Origin: Acaryochloridaceae cyanobacterium VAR_48_metabat_390
GTDB lineage: Bacteria; Cyanobacteriota; Cyanobacteriia; Thermosynechococcales; Thermosynechococcaceae
Assembly: GCA_031422435.1 (NCBI GenBank)
Contig: JANPLU010000084.1
Coordinates: 1-52,146, forward strand
Direction of reading: 5' to 3'
DNA length: 52,146 bases
In this document: one piece after another, positions 23,601 to 32,202 of the stretch
Layout of the letters: each line of letters starts with the position of its first letter
Numbering within the stretch: the stretch's first letter is position 1
Notes under the pieces: generated by a model
What the model was told of the DNA's origin: nothing
Seen by the model: only the letters and a program-made list of their open reading frames with translations
Database searches by the model: none
Translations under genes and position numbers: made by a program

Positions 23601-23955
23601 CCAGAACGATCCACAGGGACCACGGCTGTTTATTTTGTCGCTGAAGGCTGGAGGCGTGGGGCTTAATCTTACCCGCGCCAATCATGTTTTCCACTTCGAT
23701 CGCTGGTGGAACCCAGCGGTGGAAAACCAGGCAACGGATCGGGTGTTTCGGATTGGGCAAACCCGCAATGTGCAGGTGCATAAGTTTGTGTGTAGCGGCA
23801 CGTTAGAAGAGCGCATCCACGACATGATTGAGAGCAAAAAGGCGTTAGCCGATCAGGTGGTGGGTGCTGGAGAAAACTGGCTTTCTGAGTTGGGGACTGA
23901 CCAGCTTCGGCAACTGCTGCTGCTTGATCGCAGCGCCATCATTGAAGAAGAATAG
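20680..23955 (+). CDS. SNF2-family helicase with DUF3670-like N-terminal region
   Basis: LADDMGLGKT, LDEAQNIKN, LTGTPLENRL, LSLKAGGVGLNLT, WWNPAVENQATDR; start MALLHGTW. Confidence 0.92.
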   Translation: MALLHGTWIHPSLTQLDPQSLSICEQPLESLFFIWGETWRSLSTTISSHPDAAPLGLVPHPLSLSAAELTAYVQTLHQKGAVNLPSSLSTALHAYDCKQPHKYPAEWQERALGLLCRWTKDEVLPLHSGAVVEPTEDVCLYPFQVGGLCLSAAAATEFLLAIPLSADLQTEDPLGKDLRYWSHVSRWSLDLLVRSKVLPSLQQDRGGSVYASWQPLLDSALDQARLRQMQAQMPLVCQYCCNASAGKAEQPPALALPTPSQSILLASLQQLVDQQVRRILGGESSIAALTKIQDKNLSEWLSALERPTGEMSFKREPGDHSESGDRLLSAFFTWTQPLQLASTQQQAFHAVFSLTPPLPSSQSWIVSYGLQATADPTCWVSAEQIWATPSPSLSIQGHILEHPQETLLAGLGRASRVYPAIEESLQMARPIQHTLTPIQAYEFLKAVTWRLEDSGFGVIVPPKLANREGWANRLGLQVRAAVPTTAKAAAITLTSLLNFKWELTIGGQRLSKGEFDHLISLNSPLVEVNGEWVELRPQDIRSAEAFFASRQGQAGLTLEDALKLNTGDVLTLDKLPVVKFEATGALEQLLETLSGNQTVQPIEQPKQFEGTLRPYQSLGAGWLSFLEQWNLGACLADDMGLGKTIQLIAFLLHLKAEKRWSGAMLLICPTSVLGNWERELKRFAPTLKIMLHHGAGRLQGKPFAQAAAKHDVVLTSYPLVHRDEKALVAVNWQTIILDEAQNIKNPEARQSQAIRKLQAKTRIALTGTPLENRLTELWSILDFLNPGYLGSKAFFQKRFAVPIEKYGDTASLQTLRSLAQPFILRRTKTDRTIIQDLPDKQEMTVFCPLTPEQAALYEKTVQDSLAAVESAEGIQRHGVILATLTKLKQICNHPAQFLKEAALTDTPQRSGKLKRLEEMLEEALMEGDRALIFTQFAEMGKLLQGYLQQTLNRETLLLYGGISKPKREAMIDRFQNDPQGPRLFILSLKAGGVGLNLTRANHVFHFDRWWNPAVENQATDRVFRIGQTRNVQVHKFVCSGTLEERIHDMIESKKALADQVVGAGENWLSELGTDQLRQLLLLDRSAIIEEE

Positions 23956-24005
23956 GCTAATTGTCTTTACCGCAATTGAGACAAAACTTTAGGCACGGTA
24001 CCCAT

Positions 24006-24037
24006 AAAAAGCCGACAAACTAACCAAGTTTGTCGGC
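24006..24037 (-). terminator. Rho-independent terminator
   Basis: gccgacaaact-aacca-agtttgtcggc 11-bp stem with A-tract on the left (U-tract on the minus strand). Confidence 0.75.
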
Positions 24038-24153
24038 CTGTTGTGTGTTCCCCATTGATGGCTCAGTTCTCTGAACCACCTGCAGTATGGCAATTGCAAC
24101 CCGCTTGTCCGGTGATAGCTGTCACCCAATGGCGATGTTCTTCGTCATACCCT

Positions 24154-24624
24154 TTACTCCCCCAATCGCTGTAAAAACCGATCAAGCTGGTTAGCAAAGT
24201 TTTGGCGATCGCGCTGGCTAAATGCCGGAGGGCCTCCCGTATCCACGCCTCCACTGCGTAACTCATCCATAAAGTTCCTCAAAGACAGCCGCTCTCGAAT
24301 ATTGCCTTCACTGTAAAATTCCCCACGAGGGTTTAGCGCAACGGCTCCTTTAGCGATCGCCTCGGCAGCGAGCGGAATATCTGCGGTGATGACGAGATCG
24401 CCTGGACTGAGGTGTTCAACAATATATTGGTCTGCAACATCTAGCCCCGAACGAACCTGCACCGCTTTAATATGAGGTGACGCCGAGATTTGCACCTCTT
24501 GGTTTGCCACAAACGTGGTCAGAATTTCGACTCGTTTAGCAGCTCGAAACAAAATTTCCTTGATAGGGTTTGGACATGCATCCGCATCAACCCAGATTTG
24601 AATGTTAGATCCCTCAGTCGCCAT
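24154..24624 (-). CDS. YaiI/YqxD family protein (UPF0178)
   Basis: [33 protein letters not shown]. Confidence 0.92.
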   Translation of the reverse strand: MATEGSNIQIWVDADACPNPIKEILFRAAKRVEILTTFVANQEVQISASPHIKAVQVRSGLDVADQYIVEHLSPGDLVITADIPLAAEAIAKGAVALNPRGEFYSEGNIRERLSLRNFMDELRSGGVDTGGPPAFSQRDRQNFANQLDRFLQRLGE

Positions 24625-24702
24625 TTGTCATTCGCCATACGCGATCATTTCTTTTAGGGTAGAGTCATAGCCCGCTTTAATTCTTTTTATGTATGGTTAG
24701 GT

Positions 24703-26523
24703 ATGGCATCCTATCGCAATATTATTCAATACTTTCAGGGCTACTGGGCGATCGCTGCTCTCAGTATTGCTGCGTCCAGCTTGTTTGAGATTCTGGATTT
24801 ATGGGTTCCCTACGGCATTGGTCAAATCTTAAACGTGCTGTCAAAGCAGCCTCTAGATGCACCGCTGTTGGCGGTAATTGGGGCGATCGCGTCTTTCTTT
24901 CATCAGCCCGTCGTCACTCCTTCTTTTTCACTGGGGGTGATTGTGGGCATCATTTTTGTGGTTTCAGTGGTGCGGGCGCCCATCCAGCCGTGGATTGGCA
25001 GTTGGTTCCACTGGGCAATTCCGCTGCGGGCACGGCGAGACGCAACCGAAAAAGTCTTGAGCAAAATCTTAACCCTGCCTCTGTCCTTCTATGACGAAAA
25101 CAATCCAGGGCGCATTGCAGGGCGAGTAGCACGGGGGCTAACCAACCACACTTGGTCTTATCCAGAACTGGCGGGGCAGTTTATCCCAAAGCTCGCACGG
25201 GTATTCGGCATTTTTGGGGTGATTTTGCTGCTGGAATGGCGGATTGCGATTGCATTTCTTTTATCTTTTCTCGTAATCTTCGGCCTTAGCCTACGGGGGC
25301 TGCGCTACATCATCAAGCGCGAAGCCATGCTCGATGAGTACATGGAAAGTACCGAAAGCCGCACCTCAGAAATTATTACCAACATCAAAACCGTCAAAGC
25401 CTTTGCCACAGAAGCTGCCGAACTCAACCGTCAGCGCCAGCGTCTAGACCGAGAGCTGACGATGGTGCTGTACCGCATCCATCGCGGCTACGTGCAGCTC
25501 AACACCCTACAAAGAACACTGGTGCAGAGCTGCGTGTTTGGCGTACTGACCCTAACGCTGATGGCAACCCTTCAAGGAGAACTCTCCTTGGGGCATTTTG
25601 TAACGCTCTTCACTCTATCGAGCATGGCCTACGCCGAGCTAGAGCCATTGAGCATTCTGTCTGAGTTCTTTGCCCGACGCTATGCCTCAATGCTGCGCTT
25701 CCATGAGTTGATGCAGCATCCCATTGGCAGCGATGCGGTAAACCTAGACGCTGCAATTGCGCCAACTACGGCACCTCAGTTTAGTGGAAAAGTCGATTTC
25801 AAAAACTTGAGCTTTGGCTATGGCCCTGAACGACTGGTGCTGCAAAACGTTAATCTTCTCATTGAGCCATACCAGACCGTTGCCCTGGTTGGTCGCTCCG
25901 GCTCTGGAAAATCAACCCTAGTCAAACTGCTGTTTCGCTACTTTGAACCCACCAGCGGTCAAATTTTGATAGATGGAACAGACGTGCGATCGCTGGATGT
26001 CAAACAGTATCGCTCTCGCCTCGCCATTGTGCATCAAGAGGTAGACGTGTTTAACGGCACGATCTTAGATAATTTGGTGTACGGCAACCCCAGCGCCAGC
26101 CTGACGGAGGTTGAGGCCGCCTGCAAGATGGCGCGGGTAGATGAATTTATAGGAGAGCTATCGAACGGCTACGCCACAGTCGTAGGGGAACGGGGCGTTC
26201 GCCTATCGGGCGGTCAGCGGCAGCGGTTGGGCATTGCCCGTGCCCTCATCGTAAACCCCGATATTTTAGTGTTTGATGAGGCCACCTCTAGCCTAGACTA
26301 CGAGTCTGAGCGCGCCATTCAGTTGGCGATGCAGTCGATTTTAGGGACGCGCACGACGCTGATTATTGCGCACCGTCTAAGTACCGTAAGAGATGCGGAC
26401 AAAATTGTGGTACTCGAGCAGGGGCGCATCATTGAGGTAGGCTCCCACACGGAGCTGCTAGAGCAGGGAGGATTTTACGCCAGACTCCATGAGCTGCAAA
26501 GTTCTAGCATTTTGGTGCCCTAG
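24703..26523 (+). CDS. ABC transporter ATP-binding/permease protein
   Basis: N-terminal TMD; GRSGSGKS, LSGGQRQR, VFDEATSSLD, IAHRLST. Confidence 0.92.
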   Translation: MASYRNIIQYFQGYWAIAALSIAASSLFEILDLWVPYGIGQILNVLSKQPLDAPLLAVIGAIASFFHQPVVTPSFSLGVIVGIIFVVSVVRAPIQPWIGSWFHWAIPLRARRDATEKVLSKILTLPLSFYDENNPGRIAGRVARGLTNHTWSYPELAGQFIPKLARVFGIFGVILLLEWRIAIAFLLSFLVIFGLSLRGLRYIIKREAMLDEYMESTESRTSEIITNIKTVKAFATEAAELNRQRQRLDRELTMVLYRIHRGYVQLNTLQRTLVQSCVFGVLTLTLMATLQGELSLGHFVTLFTLSSMAYAELEPLSILSEFFARRYASMLRFHELMQHPIGSDAVNLDAAIAPTTAPQFSGKVDFKNLSFGYGPERLVLQNVNLLIEPYQTVALVGRSGSGKSTLVKLLFRYFEPTSGQILIDGTDVRSLDVKQYRSRLAIVHQEVDVFNGTILDNLVYGNPSASLTEVEAACKMARVDEFIGELSNGYATVVGERGVRLSGGQRQRLGIARALIVNPDILVFDEATSSLDYESERAIQLAMQSILGTRTTLIIAHRLSTVRDADKIVVLEQGRIIEVGSHTELLEQGGFYARLHELQSSSILVP

Positions 26524-26576
26524 GGTTTGGTGCCTCGCCACGATGCCATACATGCAGCTAAAGTTAAATCCATAGC

Positions 26577-26627
26577 AAAAAAGCGATCACTCTATCAGAT
26601 CCAAGCTGAAGTAGAGGGATCGCTTCT
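26577..26627 (-). terminator. Probable terminator of rbp
   Basis: aagcgatcactcta...tagagggatcgctt inverted repeat preceded by an A-tract. Confidence 0.55.
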
Positions 26628-26653
26628 CAACCATTCGTTAGTTACAGTGAGTC

Positions 26654-26959
26654 TTAGTAGCGACGTCCGCCGCCGCCACCACCGCCAAAGCTGCCGCCGC
26701 CAGCGCCTCGGTTATCTTCACGAGGCTTAGCCTTATTAACTTTCAGGCTGCGACCCATCCATTCAGCGCCATCAAGCTCGGCGATCGCTTTTTCCTCTTC
26801 AGCATCGCTGCCCATTTCGACGAAAGCGAACCCACGCAGCCGACCGGTTTCACGATCAGTGGGTAATTTGACAGATTTGACAGTCCCATATTCAGCAAAG
26901 GCGCTGGTGAGATCCTCTTGGGTAACGTCATAGGAGAGGTTACCAGCGTAGATAGACAT
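26654..26959 (-). CDS. rbp: RRM RNA-binding protein with Gly-rich tail (Rbp family)
   Basis: SIYAGNLSY (RNP2), RGFAFVEM (RNP1), LDGAEWMGR, GGGG tail. Confidence 0.95.
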   Translation of the reverse strand: MSIYAGNLSYDVTQEDLTSAFAEYGTVKSVKLPTDRETGRLRGFAFVEMGSDAEEEKAIAELDGAEWMGRSLKVNKAKPREDNRGAGGGSFGGGGGGGRRY

Positions 26960-27030
26960 ATTAGGAAAATTCCAAGATGAGTAGTGTTCTATTCTAGCCT
27001 AGGTTTGAGATGGGCTTAATAAACGATGGT

Positions 27031-28707
27031 TTACTTCAATTGCCCCGATCGCAGAATACTAATCACCAGCCATAGCCCAATCACGCTAGCCGCAATAAAG
27101 AGAGAGTCGCTGATCCAGATAAATCGGCTGGCTTGGGTTTGGGCAGTAATGGTAGCAGCGCCCATAATTAGGGCACCCACCACAATGCTAAAAGATAAAC
27201 GATTGGCAGCAGCGTCTAAAGTACGACGCATTCCATCTAACTCTGGAATAGAAACACGCCACGTTAGATTTTCTGAAGTGACGCGCTCTAAAATCAGCTC
27301 CATTTGACGGGGGGACTGAAGGCTTAAGTTTTTAAGATCTAAGGCCGTTCGCAAGAGCGCCTGAAGCGGGGCTTCACCCACGAGCTGCTTTTGAAATAGG
27401 TCGGTCATGAGGGGCTTAATTTCTTCAAACAGATTGATGCTGGGGTCAAAGGAGCGCACTACGCCTTCGAGGTTGGCAAGGGTTTTGGCGTATAGCCCCA
27501 AAGAGCTGGGCAACCGGATTTTGTTATTACGCGCCACCTGCAAAATTTCATAAAACACTTCGCTAAAGTTGATGGCAGCTAGATCGCGGTTGTAGTATTT
27601 ACGCAGCAGACGCTCATAGTCTTGCTCTAAGTTTGGGATATTAGCAGGCTGACTGGTTTCTGCTAGCTCCAGGGTGAGCTGAGCGCAGCGACGGGCATCC
27701 ATTTCAACGATCGCCAGCAGCATTTCGGTTAGCAGGCGCTGGGTATTCGGGTCTAAACGACCGACCATGCCGCAGTCTAACAGCGCAAGTTGCCCTTCCC
27801 CCAGGTAAAAAATATTGCCAGGGTGCGGGTCAGCGTGGAAGAACCCATCCACGTAGATTTGCTGGGCGAACGCGCGAAACAGCATAATCATGAGCGATCG
27901 CCGTTCCCCCTGGGTATCATTCCCCACACCTGTCCCCGTTAGACGCGCTTCTAAAATAGGGCCGCCATTCAGCCATTCCATCACCAGCAGATTTTCGGAG
28001 GTAATATCCCAATTAATGGCGGGGATGCGCATTTTAGTGGGGTCAAACCAGCGGCTTTTGGCAAGATTACGCCGGAGTTCGTCGGTAAAGCCTGCTTCGC
28101 GACGAAAGTTCAGCTCGTCTTTAAGGGCATCGCAAAACTCAACGGCAAGGGTTTGGATGGCGTATTCTTTGCCTAGCTCTGTTTTACCCGCCAACCCTGC
28201 TAAAAACTGAATGAGCTGAATATCTTGCTCTACCACCTCCGCAATGCCAGGGCGCTGGATTTTAAGAGCCACTTCTTGACCGTTGATGAGGGTAGCACGA
28301 TGGACTTGGGCAATGGAACCAGCGGCGATCGCAATGGGCTGCACCTGAGCAAACACCTGTTCTAGAGGCTGTCGCAACGACTGCCGCAGTACAGGCTCTA
28401 CCATCGACCAGGGCACCGCAGGCACATTGCTTTGGAGCGTAGAGAGTGCATCAATGTAGGCGCTGGGAAGCAAGTCAGGGCGCGTACTTAAAAGCTGCCC
28501 CAGCTTGACGTAGACAGGCCCCAGCTCAATCAAAATTTTGCGCAATACCGCAGGGGTGGGGAATTCTGGCTCATCGGACTGTCGCCCCATCAGCAGACGA
28601 CGCATATAGCCCCAGCCGTTACGCAACACAATCTCAGCAATTTCGCGCTGGCGGGGACCAGTTTGGGTTAAGCCTGATAACATTGCCGATGCTCCACTAT
28701 CTGTCAA
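27031..28707 (-). CDS. ABC1/AarF/UbiB family atypical kinase
   Basis: LGPVYVKLGQLLSTRPDLL, AAGSIAQVH, VALKIQRPG, FFHADPHPGN, LLDCGMVG; start may be ATG 28683. Confidence 0.92.
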   Translation of the reverse strand: MTDSGASAMLSGLTQTGPRQREIAEIVLRNGWGYMRRLLMGRQSDEPEFPTPAVLRKILIELGPVYVKLGQLLSTRPDLLPSAYIDALSTLQSNVPAVPWSMVEPVLRQSLRQPLEQVFAQVQPIAIAAGSIAQVHRATLINGQEVALKIQRPGIAEVVEQDIQLIQFLAGLAGKTELGKEYAIQTLAVEFCDALKDELNFRREAGFTDELRRNLAKSRWFDPTKMRIPAINWDITSENLLVMEWLNGGPILEARLTGTGVGNDTQGERRSLMIMLFRAFAQQIYVDGFFHADPHPGNIFYLGEGQLALLDCGMVGRLDPNTQRLLTEMLLAIVEMDARRCAQLTLELAETSQPANIPNLEQDYERLLRKYYNRDLAAINFSEVFYEILQVARNNKIRLPSSLGLYAKTLANLEGVVRSFDPSINLFEEIKPLMTDLFQKQLVGEAPLQALLRTALDLKNLSLQSPRQMELILERVTSENLTWRVSIPELDGMRRTLDAAANRLSFSIVVGALIMGAATITAQTQASRFIWISDSLFIAASVIGLWLVISILRSGQLK

Positions 28708-28774
28708 AAACGCATGGTTTATGTTTAGAGTTTAGCGAAGGCGATAAGCACATCAAGTGTTATCCCAACGCTTA

Positions 28775-28944
28775 GGATCATGGATTTAATAATTCACATT
28801 AATTGCCCTCACCCCAACCCTCTCCCTAGGGAGAGGGAGCAAGAGTCTGGTTCCCCTTCTCCTTAGGGAGAAGGGGCTAGGGAATGAGGGCGTGCAAGGT
28901 GCATAACTTCTCCCAAATTCTCTGAGTTATTAAATTCACGATCC
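28775..28944. mobile_element. 170-bp MITE-like element with imperfect 22-bp terminal inverted repeats and TTA flanking duplication
   Basis: Left ggatcatggatttaataattca vs reverse complement of right ggatcgtgaatttaataactca (3 mismatches); TTA at 28772-28774 and 28945-28947; GC-rich branched palindrome inside (28805-28891). Confidence 0.65.
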
Positions 28945-30777
28945 TTAACGGTAATTCTCGGCCTGGGACTCAAACAGTCTGGCATAGCGACCGTTAAGCT
29001 CAACCAACTCCTCGTGGGTTCCCGCTTCGGCAATGTGTCCGTTGTCCATCAAATAAATGCGATCCGCCATTCTGACCGTCGAAAGCCGATGGCTAATCAA
29101 CACCGCCATTTGATCGCGGGTTAGCTCTCGAAACCGCTGAAACACCTCATACTCCGCCATCGGATCCATCGCGCTCGTCGGTTCATCCAGAATAATGAGC
29201 TGCGAGTTCCGCAGAAAGGCGCGCGCCAAGGCCACCTTTTGCCACTGACCAATGCTCAGTTCTTCCCCTTGCTCAAACAGCTTGCCTAAAATGGTGTCGT
29301 AACCCTTGGGCAAACGCTCAATCACGTCGTGGGCACCTGATCGCCGTGCGGCCTGCTCAACGTCCTGCTCGACAGAAGATTCAATGTTGCCAAGCCAGAT
29401 ATTGTCTCGCACCGAGAAAAAATACTTGGCGTAATCTTGAAAAATAACGCTGATATCCTGCCGTAAATCTGCGATCGCAAAGTCCCGAATATCAACCCCG
29501 TCAATCAGAATCTGTCCCTGGGTCGGTTCATAAAGACGGCACAGCAATTTAATCAGCGTCGTTTTGCCGCAGCCATTCTCACCCACTAAGGCGATCGTTT
29601 CTCCAGGTAAAATTTTGAGAGAAACGTCATCTAAAGCCTGTCTGGGCGTATCGGCATACTGAAAGCTGACGTTTCTTACCTCAATCCCGTGCTGCACTGG
29701 CTTCGGGAACGGCTTCGGATAGGCCGGATCGGCAATTTTAGGCTTTAGGTTCAAAAATTCGTACAGGTTGGTCAAAAAGAGATTGTCTTCGTACAGCCCC
29801 GATAGCCCACTCAAAACCCCTTGCAGCGCCGACTCCCCTCGCTGAAGCGCCTGCTGATACAGCACTAAATCACCAATCTTAAGCCTGCCCTGAATCGTTT
29901 CGTAGGCAATAAACACAAAGACCGCCACCGTCAACACTTTGGCAAAGCTTTCTGCCGATAGGTTTGCGATCGCCCGTCGCAGCATCAACCGAAAATTCTC
30001 TTGGTATAGCTGGAGCCGCACCTCACGTCCCTGCCGCCGAAACAGGCCACTTAAATTAAACAGCCGAATCTCTTTGGCAAACTGATCGTGCGCCAGCAGC
30101 ACCCCTAAATACATAGAGCGCCGTTCTAGGCTGGTTCGCTTACGCTGCCACTGATACTGCACCTTTGCAAACTTGAGCCGCACCCAAAGTGCAGGCAGCG
30201 CCGCCACCAGCAGCACACCAGCCAGCCCCCAGTACAGCGATATGAGCAGCGCCAAAATCCCCGCAAGCGAAATGCCGTTTTGTAAAACCTGCGCAATCCG
30301 ATTCAGAATTTGATTGGGTCGAAACGATGCCTCCTGCTGGGCGCGCTGAAGGGTGTCGTAATACTGCGCATTTTCGTAATACTCAAGATCAATCTCAGCG
30401 GATTTTTGAAACAGAATCTCCTGAACATGATCCGTAACCCGATAGGTCTGCGCCGCATTCACCAACTCCGCCAAGGAGGTAAATACGCTGGTGATCAGCA
30501 TGACGCACCCAGACAAAATCAGCAGAAAGAGTGCATGTTCAAACGCTACGGCCTTATTTACCGCCGTTAAGCTCACCGCAATTTGGTCAATAATCAGCTT
30601 GAGTAAATAGAGCGAGATCAGCGGCAATACACCCTGTAAGCTCAGCACCACAACGCGAGCCACTGTCCATTGCGGGGAGCTTTGCCACACCAGCCGTAGG
30701 GCAGGGAGCAAATGAAAGGCTTTTGTAACGCGTTGACGTATTTTTTGTAATGCCTGCATAGAGAACATCTTAAACAT
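28945..30777 (-). CDS. ABC exporter (lasso cluster D protein)
   Basis: TMD plus GENGCGKTT, LSIGQWQKVALAR, ILDEPTS, ISHRLST; overlaps the kinase stop. Confidence 0.9.
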   Translation of the reverse strand: MFKMFSMQALQKIRQRVTKAFHLLPALRLVWQSSPQWTVARVVVLSLQGVLPLISLYLLKLIIDQIAVSLTAVNKAVAFEHALFLLILSGCVMLITSVFTSLAELVNAAQTYRVTDHVQEILFQKSAEIDLEYYENAQYYDTLQRAQQEASFRPNQILNRIAQVLQNGISLAGILALLISLYWGLAGVLLVAALPALWVRLKFAKVQYQWQRKRTSLERRSMYLGVLLAHDQFAKEIRLFNLSGLFRRQGREVRLQLYQENFRLMLRRAIANLSAESFAKVLTVAVFVFIAYETIQGRLKIGDLVLYQQALQRGESALQGVLSGLSGLYEDNLFLTNLYEFLNLKPKIADPAYPKPFPKPVQHGIEVRNVSFQYADTPRQALDDVSLKILPGETIALVGENGCGKTTLIKLLCRLYEPTQGQILIDGVDIRDFAIADLRQDISVIFQDYAKYFFSVRDNIWLGNIESSVEQDVEQAARRSGAHDVIERLPKGYDTILGKLFEQGEELSIGQWQKVALARAFLRNSQLIILDEPTSAMDPMAEYEVFQRFRELTRDQMAVLISHRLSTVRMADRIYLMDNGHIAEAGTHEELVELNGRYARLFESQAENYR

Positions 30778-31654
30778 CCATGGGTGTGGTGATGCCTCTT
30801 AAATCTGCTTCAACAAGCTTTACTAAATCAGACAGCTCAGACAGCGCAGGCTTCCGCTCAAATCGCGCTATCGGCACATTCTGCGCCATCCAAGTGCAGT
30901 CTCGAAAATTCTTGGTTCTAAATTCAGAATGCGTGAGCAACGTGGTTGCCCGAGAATGCTGAAGCAGCGCAATACAGGCATCCGAGGCATTTAGCTCCAC
31001 AATCCGATGCTCAGCCCCTTCATCTAAAACATAAATGCGCTCCAGCGGAAAAGCCGCTTGCCCAAAGCCAGTCGTAAGCTGATGCGATCGCTTAGTCGAT
31101 GAACCATGAATAACGGGCAAACTCTCAGGAGAGTAGCCCGTCGCCGCCGCAGATTCAGGCCAAAGCTTAATCAAGGGGTATCCTGGTAGCGCCATTGGGC
31201 AATCTCCACCCAATTGAACCACCATTACGTCATCCGTCATCACCGGATACCCGTGACCGTGAAAGGCTTGTGCCATTGTTGACTTGCCCGCGCCGCTGTT
31301 GCCGACAAAGGCGATCGCCACGTTATTAACCACAGCGCTACTGGCATGAAGCACTAGCAGCCCTCGCTGACGCAGCAGCACCGCTAAAATAGGGCCAACA
31401 ATAAATGTATTAAGCAGTGCTTCATCTACCCCTGGCAGCGGGTCAACCAAAATTTTTCGACCGTCCAAAACCGCAAACGTGGCAACGCCATCTACCGTAC
31501 CCACAAACTGCTGTCCACCATCCGACTTCAGCGTTTCTAAGTCTTTAGAGCTTGCTAAGACTAGCCATACATCTGGTTCGCCATCCCCTAGCGTTAAAGC
31601 CCGCAACGGAATCTCAGAGCAAACACTAAGCTGATAAGCAGTATAAGTGTACAT
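30770..31654 (-). CDS. HPr-kinase-like kinase (PadeK-type lasso tailoring kinase candidate)
   Basis: LHASS, Walker A GNSGAGKST, TDD di-aspartate; lies directly after the precursor. Confidence 0.82.
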   Translation of the reverse strand: MYTYTAYQLSVCSEIPLRALTLGDGEPDVWLVLASSKDLETLKSDGGQQFVGTVDGVATFAVLDGRKILVDPLPGVDEALLNTFIVGPILAVLLRQRGLLVLHASSAVVNNVAIAFVGNSGAGKSTMAQAFHGHGYPVMTDDVMVVQLGGDCPMALPGYPLIKLWPESAAATGYSPESLPVIHGSSTKRSHQLTTGFGQAAFPLERIYVLDEGAEHRIVELNASDACIALLQHSRATTLLTHSEFRTKNFRDCTWMAQNVPIARFERKPALSELSDLVKLVEADLRGITTPMDV

Positions 31655-31759
31655 CTCATCCTATTTTTGAACCCCTGCAAACCGCAAGGCTACCAAAAAA
31701 ACAGCTACGACTCAGCAAAACTACAAGATAAGGCACCCAAATCTAAAAAGATTGGGTTT

Positions 31760-31790
31760 AAAAAAGGGTAGAAACTAGTTTCTACCCTTT
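31760..31790 (-). terminator. Perfect 28-bp palindrome plus U-tract downstream of the lasso precursor
   Basis: aaagggtagaaactagtttctacccttt (31763-31790) is its own reverse complement; A-run on the left. Confidence 0.7.
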
Positions 31791-31865
31791 CCAGCAACTC
31801 AGAAAATGTCGTTCTAAGTCTCGAAAAAGCTATTCGTATTCCCCAGCGCACCAGCCCAAAGCCGT

Positions 31866-32033
31866 TTATTTAGGAACAACATTACCATCTTGAGAGCCAG
31901 TAGCATTACCAAAAGCATTTCCGTTAAAAAAGATGGTATCTGCAGCGTTAGAACTGCCAAAGGCTTGGGTAATTTCTTGTAAAGCGCCGTGTTGCTTTAA
32001 TTTAGGGGCATTAAACTGTTTTTTCATGTCCAT
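31866..32033 (-). CDS. Lasso peptide precursor (55 aa; alternative start 32027)
   Basis: MDMKKQFNAPKLKQHGALQEITQ-AFGSSNAADTIFFNGNAFGNATGSQDGNVVPK; leader FxxPxLxxxGxxxxxT with Thr at -2; Asp at core position 9; lies between cyclase and kinase. Confidence 0.9.
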   Translation of the reverse strand: MDMKKQFNAPKLKQHGALQEITQAFGSSNAADTIFFNGNAFGNATGSQDGNVVPK

Positions 32034-32055
32034 TGTCCAAGTCAACTACTCGCCT

Positions 32056-32083
32056 AATTTAGCTCATAATTTCTAGAATGCAA
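32056..32083 (-). promoter_or_regulatory. Possible sigma70-type promoter for the precursor
   Basis: Minus strand TTGCAT-16 nt-TAAATT about 20 nt upstream of the precursor ATG. Confidence 0.3.
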
Positions 32084-32202
32084 ACCTCTCAATGTAGAGA
32101 AAAGTCGCTTACTTCATGAATCAATCGGAAAAACGCGGTGTCTACGCTTTCATCTCCAACGTCTAAAAACTAAAGATACAGCACAGCCTAACGTATTTTC
32201 TC

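Noticed and set aside
24703..28707. Second ABC transporter and ABC1 kinase as members of the lasso cluster
   Set aside because: Common cyanobacterial genes separated from the cluster by the MITE-like element; the ABC transporter is on the opposite strand beyond rbp
31655..31865. Possible second lasso precursor
   Set aside because: No ORF with a leader motif found; the region is hairpins and UTR
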